Below are positions 1 through 8,283 of a stretch of 64,000 nt of DNA, one piece after another (the first letter of the stretch is position 1; every line of letters begins with the position of its first letter). A program made the position numbers and the translations under genes. The stretch is from Candidatus Sericytochromatia bacterium. Its GTDB lineage: Bacteria > Cyanobacteriota > Sericytochromatia > S15B-MN24 > JAQBPE01. The notes under the pieces are model-generated. The model was not told the origin of the DNA, made no database searches, and saw only the letters and a list, made by a program, of their open reading frames with translations. The DNA is taken from contig JBBAPZ010000006.1 in assembly GCA_040400605.1 (NCBI GenBank), positions 9,385 through 73,384 of the forward strand, in the 5' to 3' direction.

Positions 1-263
1 CAACTGCCGACGTAACCCGCCATCAAGATGATGGCGCGGATGCCGCCTTGGGTGAGCGCCAGGCCACTGGCATCGGGACTGATGGTAAACTGAACGAGCC
101 GACCGCCGGTCAGCAAGGCTGCCAAACCGTGACAGGCTTCGTGCAAGAAGGTGACGAAGAGTTGGTCCACCCACAGGTTGTGGCCACTCCAGGTCAGCAA
201 GACACTCAGTGCGATGGCGAGCACCAACGGATGTCCAATCGGCAAGGTAAGCAGTCGACGCAA
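1..263 (-). CDS. M50B-family membrane metallopeptidase, 3' part truncated by window edge
   Basis: Not in the ORF track. Manual translation from TTG at 263 gives MRRLLTLPIGHPLVLAIALSVLLTWSGHNLWVDQLFVTFLHEACHGLAALLTGG...DASG...AGYVGS. It has an HExxH zinc motif in hydrophobic context, the M50B-like SG and AGY motifs, and a GAGAAGAGG RBS upstream. Confidence 0.8.
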   Translation of the reverse strand, partial: MRRLLTLPIGHPLVLAIALSVLLTWSGHNLWVDQLFVTFLHEACHGLAALLTGGRLVQFTISPDASGLALTQGGIRAIILMAGYVGS

Positions 264-287
264 GCAAGCCTCTTCTCAAAACCGTTG

Positions 288-1052
288 TTACAACCAGATG
301 GGTTGCCCACGTTCCACAAAACCAATAAAACCCAGCGCCGCCGCGTCGACATCCGGCGCATGGTTGTAGTGCATCAAGCGTGTGATGCGTTTGAGTTCAG
401 GCGTCATATCCCGCGCAAGCTGCGCAAGCGACGTATGCACCATGTGCGGAGCGTCAAACAATTGACAGTCTTGAAAAATGGCACGCAGGGGTTTACCGGT
501 CGGGCCAAGCGCGGGCGGCAGGTATTGGGTGTCTGACGAGTAGTAGATGTCTTCACCCAAAAAGAAACTGTAGCTGGGCTTGCCGAGCACGTGCAGGGTT
601 GGTATGGGTGTCAAAACGGGGAGGCCTTCGAGTTCGAGATGTCCATCGTCAAGCAAGCGGTGGACGTCAAAATACGCATCAAGGACCACGCGATCGCCCT
701 GCCCCGCAGGCGCGTTAACGCGCTCCAGACCACCGCGCAAGCCATGATCCCAGAGTTCCTCAAACAAGGTGTCTGGAAAAATGAGCTTTGGACGCTGCCG
801 ATACACGTAACGGTTCAACTGGGCCCATAACTCGAGCCCCCCCACGTGGTCGTCGTGAACATGGGTGATGAAGGCTGCCTGAACGGCTGACAGTTGGTCG
901 GCCATCTTTAAGGAAGCGGCGGTTAAAGGACCGCAGTCGATCAACAGATTGTGCTTGCGATCAGTGCTTTCAAGCAAACAGTTGTTGTTCCCAAGTTCGG
1001 GACTCAATCCTCCGCCCACACCCATAAACGTCAAAGAAAAAGTGGCTTGCAT
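288..1052 (-). CDS. MBL-fold metallo-hydrolase (RNase Z/phosphodiesterase-like)
   Basis: Motifs LIDCG, THVHDDHVGG (HxHxDH), H, YSSDT, FQDC, HT and MHY. Start set at ATG 1052 behind GAGGGA. Confidence 0.85.
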   Translation of the reverse strand: MQATFSLTFMGVGGGLSPELGNNNCLLESTDRKHNLLIDCGPLTAASLKMADQLSAVQAAFITHVHDDHVGGLELWAQLNRYVYRQRPKLIFPDTLFEELWDHGLRGGLERVNAPAGQGDRVVLDAYFDVHRLLDDGHLELEGLPVLTPIPTLHVLGKPSYSFFLGEDIYYSSDTQYLPPALGPTGKPLRAIFQDCQLFDAPHMVHTSLAQLARDMTPELKRITRLMHYNHAPDVDAAALGFIGFVERGQPIWL

Positions 1053-1334
1053 GGTCTCTGGCCATCCCTCATCAAGGTGCATGACCTCCCTATTCTACCA
1101 TCGCCTCGCATGGCGTCCGTGATCCATTTGGCATATGGGCACCAATCAACCCGTGACGCCCCATGATCGAACGCCGCACTGCTCCCCAACGGCCTGACAC
1201 AAACGTCGCGTGCAAGATCTCGCAACTTCATTAACTGAACCACGCGTCAGAACCCTTGGCATCCGCATGCGATGCAGGTTTGTGTCTACGCACAGGAGGC
1301 TGGACGGTTACTCACCGGCAACAGTCGTTACCAA

Positions 1335-1796
1335 TCAACGCTTTTCGGTGTAGCCGCCCGCACGCAAACGTTTGGCCTCGTCTTTGGCCAATACGTCGCA
1401 TCGCTCATTGTATTCATGACCTGCATGTCCTTTAACCCATTCCCAATGCATATCATGAACGCTCGCCGCTAAAACAAGCCGTTCCCAGAGTTCCCGGTTT
1501 TTGACCGGGTCCCCGGACGCTGTTCGCCACGCTCGCTTCTGCCAACCGTTGACCCACTGGGTCATGCCTTGTATCACATACTGGCTGTCACTGATCAGTG
1601 TCACCCGACAAGGACGCTTCAACGCTTCGAGCCCAACGATCGCCGCCTGCAATTCGGCACGGTTGTTTGTTGACGCCGGCTCACCACCCGTGACGACCCG
1701 TTCTTGGCCTCGACACACCAAAATGGCCGCCCACCCCCCGGGCCCCGGATTATCCAGGGAACAGCCATCGGTATAAATCACAACCTCGGTCAACAT
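1335..1796 (-). CDS. rnhA: Ribonuclease HI
   Basis: Motifs YTDG..NPGPGGW, TNNRAEL, DSQYV, VKNRELW and WVKGHAGHEYNERCD. Confidence 0.97.
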   Translation of the reverse strand: MLTEVVIYTDGCSLDNPGPGGWAAILVCRGQERVVTGGEPASTNNRAELQAAIVGLEALKRPCRVTLISDSQYVIQGMTQWVNGWQKRAWRTASGDPVKNRELWERLVLAASVHDMHWEWVKGHAGHEYNERCDVLAKDEAKRLRAGGYTEKR

Positions 1797-1985
1797 CCCA
1801 CCTGATCCCTCCGCAATCGATTATTGTGACCTCACGCGGCTCATTCGGCAAGCACCATCGCAAGCGTGGGGGCACGCAGCAAGCGCACCTGTCACGTCCC
1901 CCCCCCTGACAACCGGGAACGGTCAGGTGTCAGGTTTGCTATAATTGACCGCCATAGCCACTGGTTAGTAACGAGGAGGTTTGCA

Positions 1986-2291
1986 TTGCTTGACGCTTCA
2001 GAACCCATGTCTCCCATTCGGTTGGATGAGGATGACGAAGACGACATACAGGCGGGGGCGCGACCCGTCATTGTTGCTGCGGACAAGGGTGAACGTATCA
2101 ATCCGGCTGTCGAATACGACGTGTTGACGCTTGGCGATCTGGATGCCGCTGCGCTCAAAACACGGTTGAACGAGTTGGGGCAGGAAGGCTGGCTGCTGGT
2201 TGGCACGAGTCCACATTTCGTGTTCCGCCGGAACAAGGCTCCCGAAAAGACCAGCCCCAAAAAACGGGTGGGGTTTGGCATCGACGCGTAA
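1986..2291 (+). CDS. Small DUF4177-like protein
   Basis: AGGAGG RBS followed by TTG at 1986. The segment EYDVL...LNELGQEGWLLV...FVFRR matches the DUF4177 pattern. Confidence 0.7.
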   Translation: MLDASEPMSPIRLDEDDEDDIQAGARPVIVAADKGERINPAVEYDVLTLGDLDAAALKTRLNELGQEGWLLVGTSPHFVFRRNKAPEKTSPKKRVGFGIDA

Positions 2292-2407
2292 CGTCCAATC
2301 CGATTCAAGCCTTTGCGGTGCAAGTCACCGCGAAGGCAACGTGTGAGCCAGTCGGTTGAAGGAACCTGTGAGCGATCACTTTGCCAAATCATTGAAGGGC
2401 AGACGGT

Positions 2408-3448
2408 TTAGAAGGCGGCAGCCAGATATCCGACAACCTCAGCGCGATTGTTGGTGACGCGCGGGGCAACATGCTTCGCAAAGGCTTCCGAGTGGATCGG
2501 CGCCTCACCCACTTTTTCCAGCGCACGGTTCAGTGCCGGTGCGATGGCACGGTTTTGCCCGTCATTGACCTTGATGGCCCATCCGATGCCGCGGCCTCTC
2601 ACCCCCCCCAAATGAACGGCTTCCCCTCCGATTTTCGCAAAAAAACGCTGGCCGTCTGTTTGCATGAGATCGGTATCAAGACGCCCCTCACCGGCGATCA
2701 AGTACGGGTGGTCAGCCATTAACTGGCTGACATCGCTTAAAGCCATACCAAGCGCCCCCGGTATCGTTTCAGGAGCAGCCAAGCGTGCGGCGAAAGTTGC
2801 GAGGCCTTCCAGTGGCAAATGCCACACCGGTACGCCGCATCCATCAATTGCAAAACTTAACTGTTCAGACGCCACATCAGCGAGTTGAAGCAACAAATCG
2901 CGGATCATCCGCTGCAACGGGTGCTCCGAGTCCCGGTAGGTATCCAAACACCACCCCATATGTGCGCAAACCGCCAACATGCCAGCATGTTTGCCTGAGC
3001 AGTTGCAGCGCAGTACACCAGGCGCTTCGCCCCGCCGAATCAAATCCTTGGCGACTTGTGAGTGATAAGGCGTGTGAACACCGCATTGCAAACGGTGCGC
3101 TTCGAGCCCACAGCGCGCCAACAATTCATTCACTGCCGCCACATGCACATCTTCGCCGGAATGGGATGAAAGCGTGATCGCAAGTGCCGCGCCATCCAAG
3201 CCCCAACGCCTGGCGGCGCCCGTCAGCCACAAGGGCAGTGCCTGAAGCGGCTTGAGCGCGGAACGGGCAAAGACCATCGCGCTTGGATTGCCGCGGCAAA
3301 ACAGGTGCTGGCCGGCCGTGTTCTTGATCAGCAAGTGGCCGACATGGACTGACTCGATCAGATCACCGCGACTTTGACAAGCCAGTGGTTCGGCCGCCAA
3401 CAAGCCGCTTGATGCCAGCTTTTGTTCGGTTACGTCGTGTCCATCCAT
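2408..3448 (-). CDS. L-asparaginase II (Rhizobium AnsA-type, class 3)
   Basis: Motifs RG.LIESVH, RSALKPLQ, SHSGE..H, NCSGKHAGML, DGCGVP, AKIGGEAV and KVNDG. Confidence 0.9.
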   Translation of the reverse strand: MDGHDVTEQKLASSGLLAAEPLACQSRGDLIESVHVGHLLIKNTAGQHLFCRGNPSAMVFARSALKPLQALPLWLTGAARRWGLDGAALAITLSSHSGEDVHVAAVNELLARCGLEAHRLQCGVHTPYHSQVAKDLIRRGEAPGVLRCNCSGKHAGMLAVCAHMGWCLDTYRDSEHPLQRMIRDLLLQLADVASEQLSFAIDGCGVPVWHLPLEGLATFAARLAAPETIPGALGMALSDVSQLMADHPYLIAGEGRLDTDLMQTDGQRFFAKIGGEAVHLGGVRGRGIGWAIKVNDGQNRAIAPALNRALEKVGEAPIHSEAFAKHVAPRVTNNRAEVVGYLAAAF

Positions 3449-3460
3449 GCCTTTAACTCC

Positions 3461-4702
3461 TCAATCAGCCACGGCTTGACTCGCATTGACCAGGCCGTGA
3501 CCGAAAAAAATATCCGGCCCGGGCCCATCATTGCCCACAACCAGATCACGCGCGGTTAGCATCAGGCGCTCCCGCACCATCGCGGCGCTCCAGTCCGGAT
3601 ACCGCGACTGAATCAAGGCGGCCACGCCTGAGACAAAGGGCGCCGCCATACTCGTTCCGGACAAATAGCCGTAAGGGGATTCCGTGCCGAAACGCGTCGG
3701 CAAAGTCGAGAAGACATCCACACCAGGGGCGGCCAAGGTCACGCCTGAATTGTAGTTGGAAAACGGCGCTCGTGTGAAATCCGGAGCAACCGCAGCCACA
3801 CTGACGACACCCGGGTAACTGGCTGGATACTCCGGGAAATTACCCGCCATCGCTTCGTTGCCTGCAGCGGCGACCACCAGTACGCCACTCGCTTGCGCCT
3901 GTCGTATCGCTTGCGCCTCCACTTCACTGCGATCAGCAGCACCCAGACTCATATTGAGAATCCGCACCTTTTGCCGGATTGCATACAAGACCGCCTGGGC
4001 CGTATCAAACGAGGTACCCGAACCATCGGCACCAATCACCCGGATCGGAATGATTTGCGCATCCGGCGCCACCCCGGCGGACCCGATACCGTTATTGCGC
4101 ACACCCGCAATGATGCCGGCCACGTGTGTGCCATGACCGTGGTCATCAAACGCGCGCTGCCCTTTTTCGACCAGATTCAAGCCAAGATTACCCAAGACCC
4201 GATTGGCCAAATCTGGATGGCCCTCATCCACGCCTGTATCGATCACAGCGACCGTTACACCCTCCCCCGTTGAACGTTCCCACGCCGCCTCGGCACCGAT
4301 GGCAGCCAGCGACCAAGCGCTCAACTGCCCACTCACCGGCGATTCAAAACGCAATGCCGGATCATTCGCAGTCCCCCTGATCGGTTGCGTTTGGGCGGTT
4401 TTGCGACGGTAGTTCAATTCTGCCACCCTCACATCGGGTATCATCTTCAGCCGCTCGATCACCAGCGTCTCAGCGCCTGGCGATACCGACCACAACGCCA
4501 GATCTTCGCGCTCCTCCAACGTGTCAGCGCCCATCAAGCGCGCAAGCGCTTGCCGTGACGCAGCGCTAACCCCCGCTTGCCACGCAACGACAATCTGACC
4601 GGAATAAAACTGCGGCACGCGCGCAGCACCCATCAGTGACTGACACCCCGCGAGCAGAATTCCCGTCAACCACAGGCCCAACCTGATCATGCGCCGTCTC
4701 AT
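3461..4702 (-). CDS. S8 subtilisin-like serine protease, lipoprotein
   Basis: Lipobox LAGC. Catalytic triad motifs VIDTG, HGTHVAG and GTSMAAP; oxyanion motif AAAGN. Confidence 0.95.
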   Translation of the reverse strand: MRRRMIRLGLWLTGILLAGCQSLMGAARVPQFYSGQIVVAWQAGVSAASRQALARLMGADTLEEREDLALWSVSPGAETLVIERLKMIPDVRVAELNYRRKTAQTQPIRGTANDPALRFESPVSGQLSAWSLAAIGAEAAWERSTGEGVTVAVIDTGVDEGHPDLANRVLGNLGLNLVEKGQRAFDDHGHGTHVAGIIAGVRNNGIGSAGVAPDAQIIPIRVIGADGSGTSFDTAQAVLYAIRQKVRILNMSLGAADRSEVEAQAIRQAQASGVLVVAAAGNEAMAGNFPEYPASYPGVVSVAAVAPDFTRAPFSNYNSGVTLAAPGVDVFSTLPTRFGTESPYGYLSGTSMAAPFVSGVAALIQSRYPDWSAAMVRERLMLTARDLVVGNDGPGPDIFFGHGLVNASQAVAD

Positions 4703-6033
4703 ATCGTGAACCCGTTGCCGCGCACCTCGGACTCGCGTTGCAAGGCGCGAAACGGCCGCGGCCCCCCGCCAGATTGCACGGATGGGGCATCAATCAGCCG
4801 AAGGCGCCACGTGTAACGCGTATCACCCCCCCGTAACGCGGCCCCGTTGGGATCAGCCGGCGTAAAATTTGGATAGGTCAATTCATTCAAGGACGTCCGC
4901 CCCACCCACTTCAATCCTGGCTCGCCCTCCTCTTGCAGGGACACCTCAAAACTGGCACCTGGTGGTGCATCCGCCCGCCACCTGAACACCGGACGTGCCC
5001 CCACCCCTGAGGCGCCAGCAGGCGGATTCTCAATCACCGGAATACCCAAAAACGACAATGTGACAGGGTTACGATCCCCCGTAACCACCTCAACTCTCGA
5101 AAATCGCCGCTTGGAAGCATCCCTCGCTTCCCCCGCCACCGCGACCCGCAACTCCGGGGCATCCGGCACGGGAATGGCTTCTTGCGCACCGAACACACGT
5201 GCCACCATCACACTGCCCGCAACACCCACATCAAGCGAAACCGTGGTCTCCACATCCGTCAGGGTCTGATTGTTGGCATAACGACACATCAAACGCCGTA
5301 TAGGCAAACCGGGCCGAGTCAGGTCAATCGCGCGCTGGCGCGTCGCCTGCGCCAATGTGTCACCCAATGACCAATGCTGGACCTCATAAAAAAATTTATC
5401 AAAGGTAAACGGCCCCTCTTCACCCAAAGGCGAAGCGGTACTCGCATCCAACGCCCCATAACCCCACACCGTCGTCAAAACGCGCCCATACGATTGGCCC
5501 TGCCACTCTGCCAGGTACGTCCCATTCCTGACCGGGAAAAGTCTCCCGCCAAGCACAACCGCCACCTGTCGTTGGCCCACGTCACCCAGGTACCCACCCG
5601 TTACCTGCAAAAATCGTGTCGCATCCGACGCGGCAAGGCTTTGCACAGGCTCCAGGTAAAAAAGCAGATCCTCACCACCTTCCGGCTTCACGCCGCCCCT
5701 GGTTTCAGCCGTATAGCCAATGCGGCTGACCGACACCTCCGTACTGCCCAAGCCACCGTATAACTCAAACCGTCCCTGCGCATCCGTCCCAGTCCAGCCC
5801 AAGCCACTCAACACCGTGGCGTGCCCAATCGGCAAGCGGGTGCGAGCATCCAAAACCTGTCCGCGCAACGGGGTTCCCACACCGGGAAGGAAAGGCGGCA
5901 TCAAACGCCCAACCAAAAATGCGTCACAACCGCTCGCACAAAAAGGTAGTGCTGCGATCGCAACGAACGGACCCCCAAAGTACCGGAGCCTGCCCAAAAT
6001 CGTAGCAAGTCTCGTTATCAAAGAATGCCGCAC
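4699..6033 (-). CDS. Hypothetical lipoprotein with N-terminal carboxypeptidase-regulatory-like (Ig/prealbumin) domain and C-terminal Ig/FN3-like segment
   Basis: Lipobox ASGC and motif GQVLDARTRLPIGHATV...TDAQGRF...GY. ATGA overlap with the S8 gene. Start moved to GTG 6033 to avoid overlap with hinT (uncertain). Confidence 0.65.
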   Translation of the reverse strand: MRHSLITRLATILGRLRYFGGPFVAIAALPFCASGCDAFLVGRLMPPFLPGVGTPLRGQVLDARTRLPIGHATVLSGLGWTGTDAQGRFELYGGLGSTEVSVSRIGYTAETRGGVKPEGGEDLLFYLEPVQSLAASDATRFLQVTGGYLGDVGQRQVAVVLGGRLFPVRNGTYLAEWQGQSYGRVLTTVWGYGALDASTASPLGEEGPFTFDKFFYEVQHWSLGDTLAQATRQRAIDLTRPGLPIRRLMCRYANNQTLTDVETTVSLDVGVAGSVMVARVFGAQEAIPVPDAPELRVAVAGEARDASKRRFSRVEVVTGDRNPVTLSFLGIPVIENPPAGASGVGARPVFRWRADAPPGASFEVSLQEEGEPGLKWVGRTSLNELTYPNFTPADPNGAALRGGDTRYTWRLRLIDAPSVQSGGGPRPFRALQRESEVRGNGFTI

Positions 6034-6040
6034 CCCGTGC

Positions 6041-6394
6041 CTACCCCGGCGGCCAATGCAGCGCCCGCCCGCCCAAGACGTGCCAATGCAGGTGTCCAAC
6101 GGTTTGCCCGCCGTCCACGCCTTGGTTGCATACCACCCGGTAACCACTATCAAAAAAAGCCAAACGACGCGCGACTTCGTTAACGACCAGCGCCATTTGG
6201 CCGGGCAACTCAGCTGTACGCTCATCCAAACTCGCAAAACCATCCAGGTGCTGTTTGGGGATCACCAACACATGCGCTGGCGCTTGCGGGTGAATGTCCC
6301 GAAAAGCCAATACGGCTTCGGTCTCGTAAACCCGTTCACTCGGTATTTGACCCGCAACCAGACGGCAAAACAAACAATCTTGCATGGTTGCCAT
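6041..6394 (-). CDS. hinT: Histidine triad nucleotide-binding protein
   Basis: Motifs DCLFC, AFRDIHPQAPAHVLVIPKQH and GQTVGHLHWHVLGGR..WPPG. Confidence 0.95.
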   Translation of the reverse strand: MATMQDCLFCRLVAGQIPSERVYETEAVLAFRDIHPQAPAHVLVIPKQHLDGFASLDERTAELPGQMALVVNEVARRLAFFDSGYRVVCNQGVDGGQTVGHLHWHVLGGRALHWPPG

Positions 6395-6716
6395 AGTAAA
6401 AGATCCACACACCCGCGTCAAACGCAAAACCGGTCACAAACCATCAGTTGCTCAGTTCCAAGTGTCCCATCGTCGCACCTGCTCAAGACTGGTAAACAAA
6501 AAGCTAGCGCACCGAATCGAAAAACTCGGGTCTCCGTCGATTCCGTTGCAGCTTCACAAAGTGTTTTTGCAGTTTTGTCTGTAAATTTCAATGGGTGCGG
6601 TTTATACTGAACGTTCCGACGGTTGATGGCCGGACGGGTCGACATCACATCGTCCGTGTGCGGGCGTGCTGGACGGGTGCGAACTGTGCCGTCCTCAATG
6701 GGGGGAGACATCGCGC

Positions 6717-7814
6717 GTGACAGAAACCATCAACACGCACGTGTTCAACGAACTCGTGGCGCGTATGCGTTCGGGTGAATGGACGCCTCGCAACAACGTT
6801 TTGACGGCAGTTTTAGAGGCGCCACGGCACGGTGACATCGTGCCTTTGCCCAAATTGGGAACGATTCAGCACAGGGAAGCGGAGGCAATTGGCGCGGGTG
6901 CGATCGCCCGAGGCGAAATCGGCGTGGTCATTCTGGCAGGCGGCATGGCCACACGCTTCGGCTACGCCCAGCCTAAAGCACTCTATCCCATTCATCACGA
7001 AAAAAGTTTTCTCAACCTGAAACTGGATGCCATCCGCACGGTCGGCGCCAACATTCCCGTGTTCATCATGACCAGTTTTGCTACCGACGCAGCCATTAAA
7101 GAGCACCTAATCACCAACCGCCACTTTGGCTTACCGGAACCCTTGGTCACCTGTTTTGAACAGGACCGACTGCCACGCGTCGACGCAAACGGCCAAACCT
7201 TCTATCGACAGGGCCAAGTCGATTACTGCGCGAGCGGGCATGGCGATTTCCCCTTCGTCTTTCAACGAACCGGCTTGCTTGACCGCTTCCTGACCCAAGG
7301 CGGCCGGTACCTCCTCTTCTCCAACGTGGATAACCTCGGTGCGACCATCAATCCACTCATCATCGGTCACCACATCCAAAACGGGCCAGAGATGACGGTC
7401 GAAGTCGCCGCAAAAAATCCAGGCGACCAAGGCGGCGCGCCCGCACGTGTCAACGGGAGACTTCAATTGGTTGAGGGTTTTGCTTTCCCCCCTGATTTCA
7501 ACCAAAGCACCATCACGGTCTTCAATACAGCCAATTACGTTTTCAACGCGGCAGCGTTACGTCATGCCCGCTCGTTACCCTGGTACATCGTTGAAAAGAC
7601 CGTTGATGGTCAGCGTGTCACGCAGTTTGAGCGGTTAGCAGGTGATCTCAGCGCCTTTATGAACAGCCAGTTCATCGAAGTCGAACGCAGCTCCCGGTTC
7701 TGGCCGGTTAAAAGCCCAGCCGATGTACCCCTTGTGCAAGCAATCCTGAGCGAAAAATGGCAAGAAACCCTCGCGAACCTTGACGTTCGCACCCCTCCGC
7801 CCATCAACCCTTAA
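6717..7814 (+). CDS. UDPGP-family (eukaryote-type UGP1/UAP1-like) UTP:sugar-1-phosphate uridylyltransferase
   Basis: Motifs LAGGMATRFG..PK, MTS, SGHGD, SNVDNLGA, K...D.GG, FNT, QFE and RF.PVK. GGGGGAG RBS before GTG 6717. Confidence 0.85.
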   Translation: MTETINTHVFNELVARMRSGEWTPRNNVLTAVLEAPRHGDIVPLPKLGTIQHREAEAIGAGAIARGEIGVVILAGGMATRFGYAQPKALYPIHHEKSFLNLKLDAIRTVGANIPVFIMTSFATDAAIKEHLITNRHFGLPEPLVTCFEQDRLPRVDANGQTFYRQGQVDYCASGHGDFPFVFQRTGLLDRFLTQGGRYLLFSNVDNLGATINPLIIGHHIQNGPEMTVEVAAKNPGDQGGAPARVNGRLQLVEGFAFPPDFNQSTITVFNTANYVFNAAALRHARSLPWYIVEKTVDGQRVTQFERLAGDLSAFMNSQFIEVERSSRFWPVKSPADVPLVQAILSEKWQETLANLDVRTPPPINP

Positions 7815-7820
7815 GACCTT

Positions 7821-7994
7821 GTTGAAAAAGCCTTTGTTCTCACGTCACTTGCATCCGCCGTCCACAACGTGAACGTCCGGCATTGAAAGCATTTCGAGCG
7901 CATCGGCTGTTTTGGCAATCGAACGTACCTTTCACAAGGGGATTCCCACCTTGGTCAAGACGATGTAACCGCGCTTCATCGCTAACTTTTCAAC
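7821..7994. ncRNA. Candidate structured rod-like ncRNA (6S RNA-like)
   Basis: Nested complementary segments centred near 7908: GTTGAAAA 7821/TTTTCAAC 7987; TTGCATC 7849/GATGTAA 7962; TGAAAG 7884/CTTTCA 7929; TTCGA 7893/TCGAA 7919. An internal bubble carries the side hairpin CAAGG..CCTTG. No convincing ORF covers it. Confidence 0.35.
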
Positions 7995-8102
7995 CATGTC
8001 GCGTGATTTTTGAATGGTTTGAATGGTGTAGCAAGCACGCGTATCGTCTAGGGTAAAGGCTTCGCATTCGAGACCCTGTTCCGGGTTTGACGAAGGGAGG
8101 CG

Positions 8103-8279
8103 ATGGTGTGGAAAGCAAGTCTTTGCCTGGCGGCAATTGGTGCAATCATCGGCGCTTGCACGGACTCAGACCTTAGTTCCGGTGAGTCCCTGTTGCCGTA
8201 TATGCAAGTGGGTGGCGCCTGGGAACAGGACCATACGCCGTTAGCCTCAATCGCGCCGTCGCCTTCCGGCAAACGGTGA
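8103..8279 (+). CDS. Small 58-aa putative lipoprotein
   Basis: GGGAGG RBS; translation MVWKASLCLAAIGAIIGACTDSDLSSGESLLPYMQVGGAWEQDHTPLASIAPSPSGKR with lipobox IGAC. Below the ORF-track size cutoff. Confidence 0.6.
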   Translation: MVWKASLCLAAIGAIIGACTDSDLSSGESLLPYMQVGGAWEQDHTPLASIAPSPSGKR

Positions 8280-8283
8280 GTCA

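Noticed and set aside
5720..6610. 296-aa plus-strand ORF and similar long antisense ORFs (e.g. 10220-10954, 17650-18450, 31118-31774)
   Set aside because: These are shadows of well-supported genes on the opposite strand in GC-rich DNA and carry no motifs.
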